Assembly (NCBI GenBank): GCA_900319925.1
Contig: ONQE01000001.1
Location: 8,452-72,451 of the forward strand
DNA length: 64,000 nt
DNA from: an uncultured Bacteroidales bacterium
GTDB taxonomy: Bacteria > Bacteroidota > Bacteroidia > Bacteroidales > WCHB1-69
Direction: 5' to 3'
In this document: positions 19,582 to 29,142 of the stretch, piece by piece
Layout of the letters: every line of letters starts with the position of its first letter
Position numbering within the stretch: position 1 is the stretch's first letter
The notes under the pieces: generated by a model
The model's database searches: none
Told to the model about the DNA's origin: nothing
The model's input: only the letters and a program-made list of their open reading frames with translations
Program-made: the position numbers and the translations under genes

Positions 19582-20784
19582 ATGAATAGAAACGATTTTC
19601 CCATATTGAATGAAAAGGTGTACGGCAAAACCCTCGTCTATTTAGACAATGCCGCCACCACGCAGAAGCCGCAAGTGGTGATTGACGCGCTGAGCGACTA
19701 CTACCGGCGCATCAACAGCAACATCCATCGCGGCGTGCACTGTCTCAGCCAGTTGGCGACCAACGAGTTCGAGCAGGCGCGCGAGGCGGTGCGGCAGTAC
19801 ATCCACGCAGCCTCGACACAGGAGGTCATTTTCACGCGCGGCGCGACCGAGTCCATCAATTTGGTGGCAGCCTCCTTCGGGCGCACCTACCTGCACGCGG
19901 GCGACGAGGTCATCGTTTCCGAAATGGAGCACCACTCGAACATCGTGCCGTGGGAGTTGGCCTGCGAGGACCGCGGCGCGACGTTGAAAGTGCTGCCGTT
20001 CAACGATAAAGGGGAGCTGATGCTCCGGGAATTGGAGACCCTGATAACCGAGCGCACCAAGATTGTGGCCGTGGCGCACGTCTCCAACTCGTTGGGCACC
20101 GTCAACCCGATTGAGGAGGTCATCCGCATCGCGCACAGCCACAATGTACCCGTCCTTATCGACGGAGCGCAGGCCGTAGCGCACTGTCCTGTGGATGTGC
20201 AGGCCCTCGACTGCGACTTCTACTGTTTCTCCGGCCACAAGATGTACGCCCCGATGGGTATCGGCGTAATGTACGGCAAAGCGCAGTGGCTCAACGAGAT
20301 GCAACCGTATCAAGGGGGTGGTGAGATGATCAAGGACGTCACCTTCGAGAAGACGACCTACAACGAGCTGCCCTACAAATTCGAGGCGGGCACCCCGTCG
20401 GTGGGCGATGTCATCGGGCTGCGCAAGGCCATCGAATACATCGGGGGCATCGGGCTGGCAAACATTGCTGCCCACGAGCAGGAGCTGTTGGCATACACCA
20501 CGGAGAAGCTGGCGAGAATCGACGGGATGCGCTTTATCGGCGAGGCGTCGCACAAAACGGGGGTCATCTCGTTCCTCGTGGGCGACACCCATCCCTACGA
20601 TATGGGCGTACTCCTTGACCATCAAGGTATTGCAGTTCGCACGGGACATCATTGCACCCAACCGGTGATGACCCATTTCGGTATTCCCGGCACCATCCGC
20701 GCCTCCTTTGCCCTTTACAACACCTTTGAGGAGGCGGATGCGCTCGTGGATGCGGTCGTGAAAGCGAAAAATATGCTTTCTTGA
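19582..20784 (+). CDS. sufS: Cysteine desulfurase, SufS family
   Basis: 400 aa. PLP-lysine context FSGHKMYAP and active-site RTGHHCTQP. Confidence 0.85.
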   Translation: MNRNDFPILNEKVYGKTLVYLDNAATTQKPQVVIDALSDYYRRINSNIHRGVHCLSQLATNEFEQAREAVRQYIHAASTQEVIFTRGATESINLVAASFGRTYLHAGDEVIVSEMEHHSNIVPWELACEDRGATLKVLPFNDKGELMLRELETLITERTKIVAVAHVSNSLGTVNPIEEVIRIAHSHNVPVLIDGAQAVAHCPVDVQALDCDFYCFSGHKMYAPMGIGVMYGKAQWLNEMQPYQGGGEMIKDVTFEKTTYNELPYKFEAGTPSVGDVIGLRKAIEYIGGIGLANIAAHEQELLAYTTEKLARIDGMRFIGEASHKTGVISFLVGDTHPYDMGVLLDHQGIAVRTGHHCTQPVMTHFGIPGTIRASFALYNTFEEADALVDAVVKAKNMLS

Positions 20785-20837
20785 TTAGTGATTAGTGATT
20801 AGTGATTGGTGATTTGTGACTTGTGATTTGTGATGAA
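20782..20837. repeat. Heptamer array, family C (TGATTAG x3, TGATTGG, TGATTTG, TGACTTG, TGATTTG, TGATGAA)
   Basis: Eight units. The first TGA is the sufS stop codon, and the last units contain the GTG/ATG start of the next gene. Confidence 0.9.
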
Positions 20838-21621
20838 TGTTTCGATGAAAAACAGTTTTGCATTGGTTACCGGAGGGAGTTCCGGTATTGGTCTCGCGTA
20901 CGCGCAGGAGTGGGCGCGGATGGGCTATAACATCTTGATTGTCAGCAATCGTGAGGACTTGAACGCGGAGGCGCAGCGCCTTTTGCAGACGCAGTTCCCC
21001 GAGCATCAAATCCGGACACGTTATCAGGATTTGGCCTCGGACGGCGCAGCGCAGGAGCTGTTCGACTGGTGCGAAAGTGAGCACCTCATCGTGGAGGTGT
21101 TGGTCAACAATGCGGGGATGTTCTATTTCGGGGCGGCAGTGGAGAAGCCTGTTGCGCTGAGCCATACGATGACCATGCTGCACTGCACCACCCCGGTGGA
21201 TTTATGCGTGCTGTTCGGCAAAAAGATGAAAGAGCGGCGGTGCGGATACATTCTCAATGCTGCCTCCATCACGGCGTTCATGAGCTTCCCCACCATCGCC
21301 GCCTATCAGGCCACCAAATCCTACTTGCTGAAGTTTTCCAAGGGTATCCACTATGAACTAAGTCATTACGGAGTAAAGGTGTGTTGCGTGTGTCCCGGTG
21401 CGGTGGACACGGATCTCTACAATCTGCCGGTGAAGATGCGCAAGCGGCTTCGCGCCGTCGGGGTGATGATGTCGCCCGAGCAGATCGCGAAACGCGGTGT
21501 TCGCGCCACCTTGCATGGCCGGAAGGTCAAGATTCCCGGTCCTATCAACTACTTTTTCCTGCTGTTGTGTTTCCTGCTGCCCGGATTTGTCATCAATCTC
21601 GTGAAGAAGAAGTTCGTCTGA
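20833..21621 (+). CDS. Short-chain dehydrogenase/reductase (SDR)
   Basis: TGGSSGIG cofactor motif and YQATK catalytic motif. The start is either the ATG at 20833 or the GTG at 20830. Confidence 0.8.
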   Translation: MNVSMKNSFALVTGGSSGIGLAYAQEWARMGYNILIVSNREDLNAEAQRLLQTQFPEHQIRTRYQDLASDGAAQELFDWCESEHLIVEVLVNNAGMFYFGAAVEKPVALSHTMTMLHCTTPVDLCVLFGKKMKERRCGYILNAASITAFMSFPTIAAYQATKSYLLKFSKGIHYELSHYGVKVCCVCPGAVDTDLYNLPVKMRKRLRAVGVMMSPEQIAKRGVRATLHGRKVKIPGPINYFFLLLCFLLPGFVINLVKKKFV

Positions 21622-21641
21622 ACTTCACCGTATAAAACAGA

Positions 21642-21667
21642 TAGAGACGTGCCGGGGCACGTCTCTA
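21642..21667. terminator. Bidirectional hairpin terminator between convergent genes
   Basis: Perfect 11-bp stem TAGAGACGTGC cggg GCACGTCTCTA. Confidence 0.6.
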
Positions 21668-21691
21668 CGTTTGTTAATAGGGTTCAGGAGA

Positions 21692-22069
21692 TTATCCCAG
21701 CATGGCGGTGTAGGCGGCAGCGTCCATCAGTTCAGCGACTTGGGCAGCGTCCGTCATTTTGATCTTGATGATCCAGCCTTCGCCGTAGGGGTCGCTGTTC
21801 ACGAGGGCGGGCTCGCCTTCGAGGGCCTCGTTGAATTCAACGACTTCACCACCGACGGGCAGCAACAGGTCGGCGACGGTCTTGACGGCCTCGATAGAGC
21901 CGAAAACCTCATCCTTGTCCAGGGTCTCACCCACGGAGGGGATATCGAGGAAAACGATGTCGCCCAACTCGTTGGCGGCGTGAGCGGTAATGCCCACCAA
22001 TGCAAATTCACCATCCACTTTCAACCATTCGTGGTCTTGGGAATACTTCAAATTCTCAGGAATATTCAT
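21692..22069 (-). CDS. gcvH: Glycine cleavage system protein H
   Basis: 125 aa with the lipoyl-lysine context [11 protein letters not shown]. Confidence 0.9.
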   Translation of the reverse strand: MNIPENLKYSQDHEWLKVDGEFALVGITAHAANELGDIVFLDIPSVGETLDKDEVFGSIEAVKTVADLLLPVGGEVVEFNEALEGEPALVNSDPYGEGWIIKIKMTDAAQVAELMDAAAYTAMLG

Positions 22070-22093
22070 ACTCTTAAGTTTATAAATGAAAAA

Positions 22094-22651
22094 TTAAACG
22101 GTCATAATCTCTTTTTCTTTGGCTTCCATGATCTTATCGACCTTGGAGATGGCCTCGTCGGTGGCCTTTTGGATATCGGCCTCCAGTTTCTTGACGGCAT
22201 CCTCTTCCACGCCGTCGTCTTTCAGCTTCTTGGCATCGTCATTGGCGGTGCGGCGGATGTTGCGGATGGCCACCTTGGCCTGTTCGGCATCCTGTTTGGC
22301 TTTCTTCACCAGTTCTTTACGGCGTTCCTCTGTCGGGGCGGGAATCACCAGGCGGATGAACTCGCCGTTGTTCTGCGGGGTCACGCCGATGTTAGCCGCC
22401 AGGATAGCCTTCTCGATCACGGGCAGCATATTGCGCTCCCACGGTTGAATCACGATCTGGTGTGCATCCGGGGTGTTCACGTTGGCCACTTGTTCGATAG
22501 GCGTGGGGTTGCCGTAGTAATCGACCTTGATGCCGTCCAGCATTTGCGGGGAGGCCTTGCCGGCACGGACCTTCTGCAAGTCTTTGTCAAAATGCGCCAC
22601 AGTGGCGTTCATGCTCTCTTTCGCTTGTTTCAAGCAGGTTTGTGTATCCAT
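22094..22651 (-). CDS. frr: Ribosome recycling factor
   Basis: 185 aa with the typical Frr sequence (VRAGKASPQMLDGIKVDYYG). Confidence 0.9.
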   Translation of the reverse strand: MDTQTCLKQAKESMNATVAHFDKDLQKVRAGKASPQMLDGIKVDYYGNPTPIEQVANVNTPDAHQIVIQPWERNMLPVIEKAILAANIGVTPQNNGEFIRLVIPAPTEERRKELVKKAKQDAEQAKVAIRNIRRTANDDAKKLKDDGVEEDAVKKLEADIQKATDEAISKVDKIMEAKEKEIMTV

Positions 22652-22663
22652 TCTTGTAATATT

Positions 22664-23098
22664 TTAATCGATGTAATTTGGACTTCTATGTTCGGGTTCT
22701 TCTTCAACCGTCTCTTCTTCGGAAAGATCCTCTTGAACGGCATCTGCCTTCGGGGCCATTTCCGCCTTCAGGCTCTCAATCTCCTGGAGTTGCCTTAGAC
22801 GCATTTTCTTCAGAGAAGTTAATTCTTTCTCTTTATAGGATTTCGTCCACTTATAGACAATCATATAGTGCAGGGCAATACCGAGGAACCAAACGAGGAA
22901 AACGAAGAGGATGGCCATCAGGAAAGTGCTTTCCGCACTGTCTCTGAACAGGAAATACCACACCACCCACAGGAAGGCGTTGACCAAGAAGAAAATGGCG
23001 AAGTGCTTCTTGAAGCCTGTTCTGCGGGAAGCCATTCTCTCCAGTTTGGCCTCTTCCTCGGGGGAGATTTGCGGTATATTGGGATTGCTCTCTTCCAT
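22664..23098 (-). CDS. 2TM domain membrane protein
   Basis: 144 aa. FKKHFAIFFLVNAFLWVVWY plus a second TM segment, followed by a charged tail. Confidence 0.55.
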   Translation of the reverse strand: MEESNPNIPQISPEEEAKLERMASRRTGFKKHFAIFFLVNAFLWVVWYFLFRDSAESTFLMAILFVFLVWFLGIALHYMIVYKWTKSYKEKELTSLKKMRLRQLQEIESLKAEMAPKADAVQEDLSEEETVEEEPEHRSPNYID

Positions 23099-23102
23099 AG
23101 TA

Positions 23103-23807
23103 TCAGTAAATTAGGGTTCCGATGGGTTCGCCGTTGAGAACCTTGATCAGGTTGCCTTTGGTGTTGGCGTCATAGACGTAGATGGGCATCTTGTTGTCCT
23201 GGCAGAGGGCGAAAGCGGTCATGTCCATGATGCGCAAGTTCTTTTGGTAGGCTTCGGCGAGGGTCAGTTCCGTGAATTTCACGGCGTTGGGGTCTTTTTC
23301 GGGGTCGGCGGTATAGACGCCATCGACGCGGGTACCCTTGATGAGCAGGTCGGCTTTGACTTCGAGGGCGCGGAGGGCCGCTCCGGTGTCGGTGGTGAAG
23401 AACGGGTTGCCGGTGCCGCCGGCGAGGAAGGTAACGTAGCCCTCTTCCAACGACTCGATGGCGGTGCGCCAGGAGGTTTTCGCACAGACGCCTTCGATGT
23501 TCACGGCGGAGAGCACGCGAGCTTTGACGCCCATCTCCTCGAGCACGCCCTGGACGGCGAGTGCGTTGATAACCGTGGCGAGCATTCCCATCTGGTCGCC
23601 CTGACGGCGTTCGAAACCGGCAGACGCGCCTTGCACGCCCCGGAAGATGTTGCCGCCGCCGATGACCACCGCCACCTGCACGCCGGCATCCACTGCCGAT
23701 TTGATTTCGTTGGCGTAATGCACAATATGATTGTAACTTACACCATATCCATCGTCGCCCGTCAGCGACTCACCACTCAATTTCAACAATATGCGTTTGT
23801 ACTTCAT
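23103..23807 (-). CDS. pyrH: UMP kinase
   Basis: MKYKRILLKLSGESL. I set the start at the ATG at 23805-23807 because the longer ORF covers the promoter box. Confidence 0.9.
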   Translation of the reverse strand: MKYKRILLKLSGESLTGDDGYGVSYNHIVHYANEIKSAVDAGVQVAVVIGGGNIFRGVQGASAGFERRQGDQMGMLATVINALAVQGVLEEMGVKARVLSAVNIEGVCAKTSWRTAIESLEEGYVTFLAGGTGNPFFTTDTGAALRALEVKADLLIKGTRVDGVYTADPEKDPNAVKFTELTLAEAYQKNLRIMDMTAFALCQDNKMPIYVYDANTKGNLIKVLNGEPIGTLIY

Positions 23808-23826
23808 ATTCCTAAAAATCAGGTCG

Positions 23827-23834
23827 CAAAGATA
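23827..23834 (-). promoter_or_regulatory. -7 promoter box for the pyrH operon
   Basis: Minus strand reads TATCTTTG, 19 nt upstream of the ATG. Confidence 0.6.
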
Positions 23835-23973
23835 CATTTTTTTCGGTTAGATAGTTTTAGTTTAAGTATCAGAATTCAAAAAGCTAAAAACCGAAGAAAT
23901 AATTCATTTTGGTTGCAATAATTCTGTCCCTTTTTCGTTATACTTATAACAAAACGAAATAGATATTTTAACT

Positions 23974-24663
23974 ATGAGACTTATTAACAACATCTTATCT
24001 CTGTTTTACCCGAGGCTGTGCGCGGCTTGTGGTGATGCGTTGCAGCAGAATGAATCCTGTATCTGTCTGGATTGCATGCTGCATCTTCCTGAGACGCAAT
24101 TTCACAAAGAGCACTTCAATCCATTGCGGAGCGTGTTCGACGGGCGCGTGCCCGTGGAGGAGGTCTCTGCGCTGATGAGCTACAAGAAGGCGAACCGCAC
24201 GCAGAAAATCCTCCACAACCTGAAGTACAAGGGGCAGAAGGAGATCGGGGCGGTATTGGGCGAATACTTTGGCGGTCAGCTGATTACAGAGGAGCGATGG
24301 CGTGGCGTCCAGTACATACTCCCGATTCCGTTACATCCGAAGAAGCAGCGTAAAAGGGGGTACAACCAGAGCGAGTGGATTGCGATGGGGCTCTCCAAGG
24401 GGATGGGCATCCCCTACCTCACGGATGTGCTGGTGCGCACGGAGTTCACGGAGACGCAGACCCGGAAGAACCGGTTCGCGCGGTGGCAGAATGTGAAGGA
24501 GGTTTTTGCCGTGCAACATCCTGAGAAGGTGGAACATACGCATGTGTTGGTCTGCGACGATGTGCTCACGACCGGCGCCACCACGGAGGCGGCCATCCGC
24601 AAATTGCTGGAGGTTCCGGGGGTGCGGGTCAGCGTGGCGACCTTGGCGGCCACGACGCTATAG
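23974..24663 (+). CDS. comF: ComF family phosphoribosyltransferase-like protein
   Basis: 229 aa. N-terminal Cys pairs (CAACGD, CLDC) and a PRTase motif VLVCDDVLTTGAT. Confidence 0.75.
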   Translation: MRLINNILSLFYPRLCAACGDALQQNESCICLDCMLHLPETQFHKEHFNPLRSVFDGRVPVEEVSALMSYKKANRTQKILHNLKYKGQKEIGAVLGEYFGGQLITEERWRGVQYILPIPLHPKKQRKRGYNQSEWIAMGLSKGMGIPYLTDVLVRTEFTETQTRKNRFARWQNVKEVFAVQHPEKVEHTHVLVCDDVLTTGATTEAAIRKLLEVPGVRVSVATLAATTL

Positions 24664-24700
24664 AGACATTGTGTACTGTCTGTAACGGTTCAAAAAAAAG

Positions 24701-24860
24701 CTCTAACTCTTGTTCAACTCTTGTTCAACTCTGGTCTAACTCCGATGTAACTCCGATGTAACTCCGATACAACTCCGATCAAACTCCGATATAACTCCGA
24801 TACAACTCCGATCAAACTCCGATCAACTCCGATCAAACTCCGATCAACTCCGATACAGCT
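24701..24860. repeat. 11-bp tandem array (CCGATNNAACT type), about 15 units
   Basis: Hand-parsed. Three leading CTTGTTCAACT/CTGGTCTAACT units are followed by CCGAT(GT/AC/CA/AT)AACT units. Two units are 10 bp. Confidence 0.9.
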
Positions 24861-24930
24861 TCAGACATGAATCCCCTAACGGGGATGTTCTGCTCATATT
24901 ACATTCTAACCTATTAACCCCAAAAAATTG

Positions 24931-24938
24931 TACTTTTG
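24931..24938 (+). promoter_or_regulatory. -7 promoter box
   Basis: TACTTTTG, 4 nt before the ATG at 24943 and about 200 nt before the ATG at 25146. Confidence 0.5.
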
Positions 24939-24942
24939 CCGT

Positions 24943-25146
24943 ATGAAAAAGAGACTGAAACTTGGACTTATTGTTTGCGTATTATTGTGTATATCAACAT
25001 CTTGCGCAAGAAAGATCAGCGGTGCCACCCCGCACCGTCGCGACCGCAACTGCGGCTGCGAGAACCTTTACCCAATGTACAATTTACAATGTACAATGTA
25101 CAATTTACAATGTACCAATCACTATTCACTAATCACCAATCACTAA
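24943..25146 (+). CDS. Possible small lipoprotein-like upstream ORF (67 aa)
   Basis: MKKRLKLGLIVCVLLCISTSC looks like a signal peptide with a lipobox-like end. The C-terminal third is encoded by heptamer arrays. Its stop overlaps the next ATG (TAATG). Nearly leaderless relative to the promoter box, so coding status is uncertain. Confidence 0.25.
   Translation: MKKRLKLGLIVCVLLCISTSCARKISGATPHRRDRNCGCENLYPMYNLQCTMYNLQCTNHYSLITNH
25074..25115. repeat. Heptamer array, family D (AATGTAC/AATTTAC), 6 units
   Basis: Hand-parsed. Confidence 0.9.
25117..25144. repeat. Heptamer array, family C in reverse orientation (AATCACT ATTCACT AATCACC AATCACT)
   Basis: Four units running into the ATG at 25146. 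Confidence 0.85.
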
Positions 25147-25898
25147 TGAAGAAACTACTGTTACTGATAACCGCCGCCCTCATGCTCGCGGCGTGCGGCG
25201 ACCGGAAGACCTCCGTGGTCATCTCGGGCGATATCCAAGACGGTGGCAACAGCAAGATGGTGTTGGCGCTCATCACGACCGACGGATTGAACTTTCTGGA
25301 TTCCACCAACTTGAAGAACGGGCATTTTGAGTTCAAGGTCTCCTCCGACAACGAGCTGGTCAAGGAGCGCGATAACGCCCCGATGCTGTTCCAATTGTTC
25401 CTTTCTGACGACAACTGCCTGTCCACGATGGCCAAAAAGGGCGAGCGTCTGACCATCACCGCCGACGCGAAGGACTTGACCCGCACTTACCACATCTCCG
25501 GCGGCGAGGAGGCGGTGCTGATGCAGCAGTTAGACAGCGCGCTGACCGCCTTTGTGGTTCCTGTGGAGAAACTGCTCGAACCCTACAACGAGAACATTCA
25601 GAATGACTCGGTCCGGGCGGCCATCGAAGCCCAATATGTGCCGATGGTGCAACGGCATCGGCAATATTTAGAGGATTTCATTAAAGAGCACCCGAACAAT
25701 ATGGCCAGCTATATCGCTTTCTACCAGAGCTATAACCGGCGGACTTTCTTCGATCCGCTGCAGGATTTGGAGCTGCTGAAACAGATCAACGCCAACATGT
25801 CGAAGATATACCCCGAGAGCGAATATGTGAAAACGATGATTCATGTGGCGGAGATGATGGAGTCTCGGCAACCCGCCGAACCATCCACACCAAAATAA
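25146..25898 (+). CDS. Lipoprotein, DUF4369-like N-terminal domain
   Basis: MKKLLLLITAALMLAACGD (lipobox). The ORF-track extension back to 24936 is read-through of repeat DNA. Confidence 0.6.
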   Translation: MKKLLLLITAALMLAACGDRKTSVVISGDIQDGGNSKMVLALITTDGLNFLDSTNLKNGHFEFKVSSDNELVKERDNAPMLFQLFLSDDNCLSTMAKKGERLTITADAKDLTRTYHISGGEEAVLMQQLDSALTAFVVPVEKLLEPYNENIQNDSVRAAIEAQYVPMVQRHRQYLEDFIKEHPNNMASYIAFYQSYNRRTFFDPLQDLELLKQINANMSKIYPESEYVKTMIHVAEMMESRQPAEPSTPK

Positions 25899-25901
25899 TT
25901 G

Positions 25902-25909
25902 TATCTTTG
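25902..25909 (+). promoter_or_regulatory. -7 promoter box for guaA
   Basis: TATCTTTG, 26 nt upstream of the ATG at 25936. Confidence 0.6.
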
Positions 25910-25935
25910 CACCTTAATTTTTGGAAAATATAACG

Positions 25936-27456
25936 ATGGAGAAAATCATTATTTTAGACTTCGGTTCCCAGTACACGCAGCTCATCGCGCGCCGCATCCG
26001 CGAGCTAAACACCTATTGCGAAATCCTGCCTTACAACAAGTTCCCGTTCGGAGACCCTGACATCAAGGGGGTTATCCTTTCCGGAAGCCCGTTTTCGGTG
26101 AACGATGCCAACGCCTTCAAACCCGATTTGTCGGAAATCAGAGGCCACTATCCGCTGCTCGGCATCTGCTACGGTGCCCAGTATCTGGCGCAAGTTGGTG
26201 GCGGCACGGTCGGGGCAAGCTCCACCCGCGAGTACGGCCGCGCCCACCTCGCCTTCGTGGAAGAAGACGATGTGCTGCTGAAAGGCGTTCCGCAAGAGAG
26301 CCAGGTGTGGATGTCGCATGGCGATACTATCCTGCAACTTCCTGACAACTACCATATTATCGCCAGCAGCAAAGAGGTGAAAGTGGCGGCTTACCACATT
26401 CTGGAGGAACCCACTTGGGCGGTGCAATTCCATCCTGAAGTCTATCACTCCACCGACGGCACGACCATCCTGCGCAACTTTGTGCAGACCATCTGCGGTT
26501 GCAAGCAGGACTGGACCCCCGAATCGTTCATCGAAAGCACCGTGCGCGAACTGCGCGAGGAGGTCGGCAGCGACAATGTGGTGCTCGGCCTTTCCGGCGG
26601 TGTCGATTCCACCGTGGCGGCCGTGTTGCTCAACAAAGCCATCGGCAAGCAGCTCAACTGTATCTTCGTGGATAACGGCTTGTTGCGCAAAGACGAGTTC
26701 ACCTCCGTGCTGGAACAGTACAAAACCCTGGGACTCAACATCAAAGGCGTAAACGCTTCCCAGCGTTTCTACGACGCTTTGCGCGGCGTGACCGATCCCG
26801 AGAAGAAGCGCAAGGTCATCGGGGCCGGCTTCATCGAAGTGTTCGAGGAAGAGGCTCGTAAGTTGGACAATATCAAGTGGTTGGCACAAGGAACTATCTA
26901 TCCCGACCGCATCGAATCGCTCTCCATCACCGGCATGGTCATCAAGTCGCACCACAACGTGGGCGGTCTGCCGGAGAAGATGAACATGAAGATCATCGAG
27001 CCGTTGAAGCTGCTCTTCAAGGACGAGGTTCGCCGTATTGGCACAGCCTTGGGCATTCCCGAGCGGCTCATCAAGCGCCATCCGTTCCCGGGTCCCGGTT
27101 TGGGTGTGCGCATCTTGGGCGACATCACCCCCGAGAAGGTCCGGATCCTGCAAGAGGCCGATGCCATCTTTATCAACGGATTGTGGGACAACGACTTATA
27201 CGACAAAGTGTGGCAGGCGGGCACCATCCTGCTGCCGATTCAATCGGTGGGCGTGATGGGTGACGAGCGCACCTACGAGAACGCCGTGGCCCTGCGTGCC
27301 GTGCTCTCCACCGACGGCATGACCGCCGACTGGGCGCACCTGCCCTACGAATTCCTCGCCAAGGTCTCCAACGACATCATCAACAAGGTTCGCGGCGTCA
27401 ACCGCGTGGTCTATGACATCAGCTCGAAACCGCCCGCAACGATCGAGTGGGAGTAA
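25936..27456 (+). CDS. guaA: GMP synthase (glutamine-hydrolysing)
   Basis: GATase domain (GICYGAQ), PP-loop SGGVDSTV and C-terminal PPATIEWE. Confidence 0.95.
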   Translation: MEKIIILDFGSQYTQLIARRIRELNTYCEILPYNKFPFGDPDIKGVILSGSPFSVNDANAFKPDLSEIRGHYPLLGICYGAQYLAQVGGGTVGASSTREYGRAHLAFVEEDDVLLKGVPQESQVWMSHGDTILQLPDNYHIIASSKEVKVAAYHILEEPTWAVQFHPEVYHSTDGTTILRNFVQTICGCKQDWTPESFIESTVRELREEVGSDNVVLGLSGGVDSTVAAVLLNKAIGKQLNCIFVDNGLLRKDEFTSVLEQYKTLGLNIKGVNASQRFYDALRGVTDPEKKRKVIGAGFIEVFEEEARKLDNIKWLAQGTIYPDRIESLSITGMVIKSHHNVGGLPEKMNMKIIEPLKLLFKDEVRRIGTALGIPERLIKRHPFPGPGLGVRILGDITPEKVRILQEADAIFINGLWDNDLYDKVWQAGTILLPIQSVGVMGDERTYENAVALRAVLSTDGMTADWAHLPYEFLAKVSNDIINKVRGVNRVVYDISSKPPATIEWE

Positions 27457-28060
27457 GAACGGGGAAAGTTGATACTTTGCCACAGAGACCCCTTCGGAGA
27501 AATCCGTCGGGGTCTTTTATCACCTCTGCGGGATCTTCCGGGATTCTCTGTTTGCGGGCAACAGCCAGTACACTCTCCTTATCATTGCTCATAAGCAGAC
27601 GTTCATAAAGCATGGAATTGATTTGCCGCTCCGTTTCACGTGCCGTCCATGCATTGTTGACCGATTCCAACTCATAATACTCCCGCTTGTCGGCATCCTC
27701 AATCTGAATCAGCCTACTATATTGACTCCAATTCAATTGCGAACGCACTGTGTTCGCAATTGGGTAGGTTCTGTAAAACTGACGGCTTTGTTCTAATTGG
27801 CGCACACTGAAACCACCCCCATATTCAGATGTCAAACGCTTCGAAAGGTTCTTGATGATGTACTTGCCATAGTCTGCTCGCTCTTTCCCTTGCTGCTCTT
27901 CTTCAAAGATACGCTTCCCTATGTTCCAATACATCTGCACGCGACAGAAAACAACGCTACGCACGGCATTACTGCGAGCGTTTTCGATTATCCGACAGGC
28001 ATCTTGATAAAGCGTGTCAATAGATTCAATTTTCACAAGTTCAGCCTCGTTCTTTTTCAT
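27419..28060 (-). pseudogene. YhcG/DUF1016-type PD-(D/E)XK nuclease gene, 3'-truncated
   Basis: The N-terminal roughly 185 aa match what I recall of DUF1016 (YWNIGKRIFEEEQQGKERADYG...GGFSVRQLEQSRQFY). The nuclease half is missing. The ORF tail runs through the guaA terminator and 38 nt into guaA. Confidence 0.55.
27486..27519 (+). terminator. Intrinsic terminator of guaA
   Basis: AGACCCC...GGGGTCT stem with an inner CGGA/TCCG helix, followed by TTTTAT. Confidence 0.6.
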
Positions 28061-28085
28061 CTCTAAATTTTTAAGTTGTTGCCTG

Positions 28086-28093
28086 CAAAGTTA
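28086..28093 (-). promoter_or_regulatory. -7 promoter box
   Basis: Minus strand reads TAACTTTG, 25 nt upstream of the start at 28060. Confidence 0.5.
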
Positions 28094-28372
28094 CAAAATA
28101 AAAGCAAAAAATCAAGAGCCAATTATATTTAACTCGCTAAATATCAAAATGATAAAAGTGACATTTTTCGTTTGAAAAGTTGCTGTGTCTGGAAAGAAAG
28201 TTGCAAAGTGCAAGAAATGCACAAAACAGTAATTGGCGATGCCTTGGATTGACTGCCTGGAATTTTGGAAGATTTTATTCGTTAGGGAGCAATTTTCGTT
28301 TACAACACCTCAACCTCGCCCCCGAGCAGCTCACCATCAAGAGCGAGCAGCTCCCTATAGTTGAAAAAATTG

Positions 28373-28380
28373 TATTTTTG
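28373..28380 (+). promoter_or_regulatory. -7 promoter box
   Basis: TATTTTTG, 19 nt upstream of the ATG at 28400. Confidence 0.5.
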
Positions 28381-28399
28381 CGGAACAAAAACGAAGACA

Positions 28400-28831
28400 A
28401 TGGAAAGGTTTGTCAATCTTATCAATGTGAACTGCGTTGTTTTTTGGCAAATGAGGTGGTTACCCATTAACCGCAAGTTAAAAAAGGGGGACTATCTACG
28501 ACAAGCGGAAGCCGATTTTAACGGCGCACCTCGGCACCAATGGTATCTTGTTATGGGACTTCTATGGTTCTTACCAATGGCAGCCCTTGTTGTCAAACTT
28601 ATAGGAGAAAGTTTCTGGACCATAATAACCACATTCGCCCTGTCTATGGCTTTGTCATACCTCTTCCACTGGTATTTCCTGACGTATAAGAGCAAATGGC
28701 GCAAATATTGGAATGAATATGAACATCAAACAAGACGGCAACATGTTGTATGGGCGATAATTACCATTGTGACATATATCCTTTTTTTCGGCTTCTGTAC
28801 AATTGGGGCTTTTTTGATACATAAAGCATAA
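28400..28831 (+). CDS. Hypothetical membrane protein
   Basis: 143 aa from MERFVNL with three or four hydrophobic segments. No family recognised. Confidence 0.45.
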   Translation: MERFVNLINVNCVVFWQMRWLPINRKLKKGDYLRQAEADFNGAPRHQWYLVMGLLWFLPMAALVVKLIGESFWTIITTFALSMALSYLFHWYFLTYKSKWRKYWNEYEHQTRRQHVVWAIITIVTYILFFGFCTIGAFLIHKA

Positions 28832-28897
28832 CTTGACTGGGAAAGCTCTTAATCTATTAAAAAATACATCTCAGACTTTCATAACCTTGTCATATAA

Positions 28898-29047
28898 AAG
28901 GATTTACTCAATCCACGAGAAACGAGAATCCACCACAACCCTTTCCCTGTTCTGCATCTCCAAAACTGCCTCGCCTCCGGCACATACCTCGTGAAGATCA
29001 ACTTCGAGCGAGGGGTGAGCGTGGTGAGGAAGGCGGTGCGGAGTTAG
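28898..29047 (+). pseudogene. Orphan 3' fragment of a T9SS C-terminal sorting domain
   Basis: The frame ends ...LHLQNCLASGTYLVKINFERGVSVVRKAVRS*, which is the terminal strand pattern of a Por secretion tail. There is no upstream gene body. Confidence 0.45.
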
Positions 29048-29076
29048 CAGTTAGCAGTTAGTAGTTAGCAGTTGGT
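29042..29076. repeat. Heptamer array, family A (AGTTAGC x2, AGTTAGT, AGTTAGC, AGTTGGT)
   Basis: Five units. The stop codon of the CTD fragment lies in unit 1. Confidence 0.85.
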
Positions 29077-29142
29077 TCGCAGGGCGATTATTCGCGGAGG
29101 CAAACTTGTCTCGTAATTGGAAGCTTTACTTGTTTTTGGACA

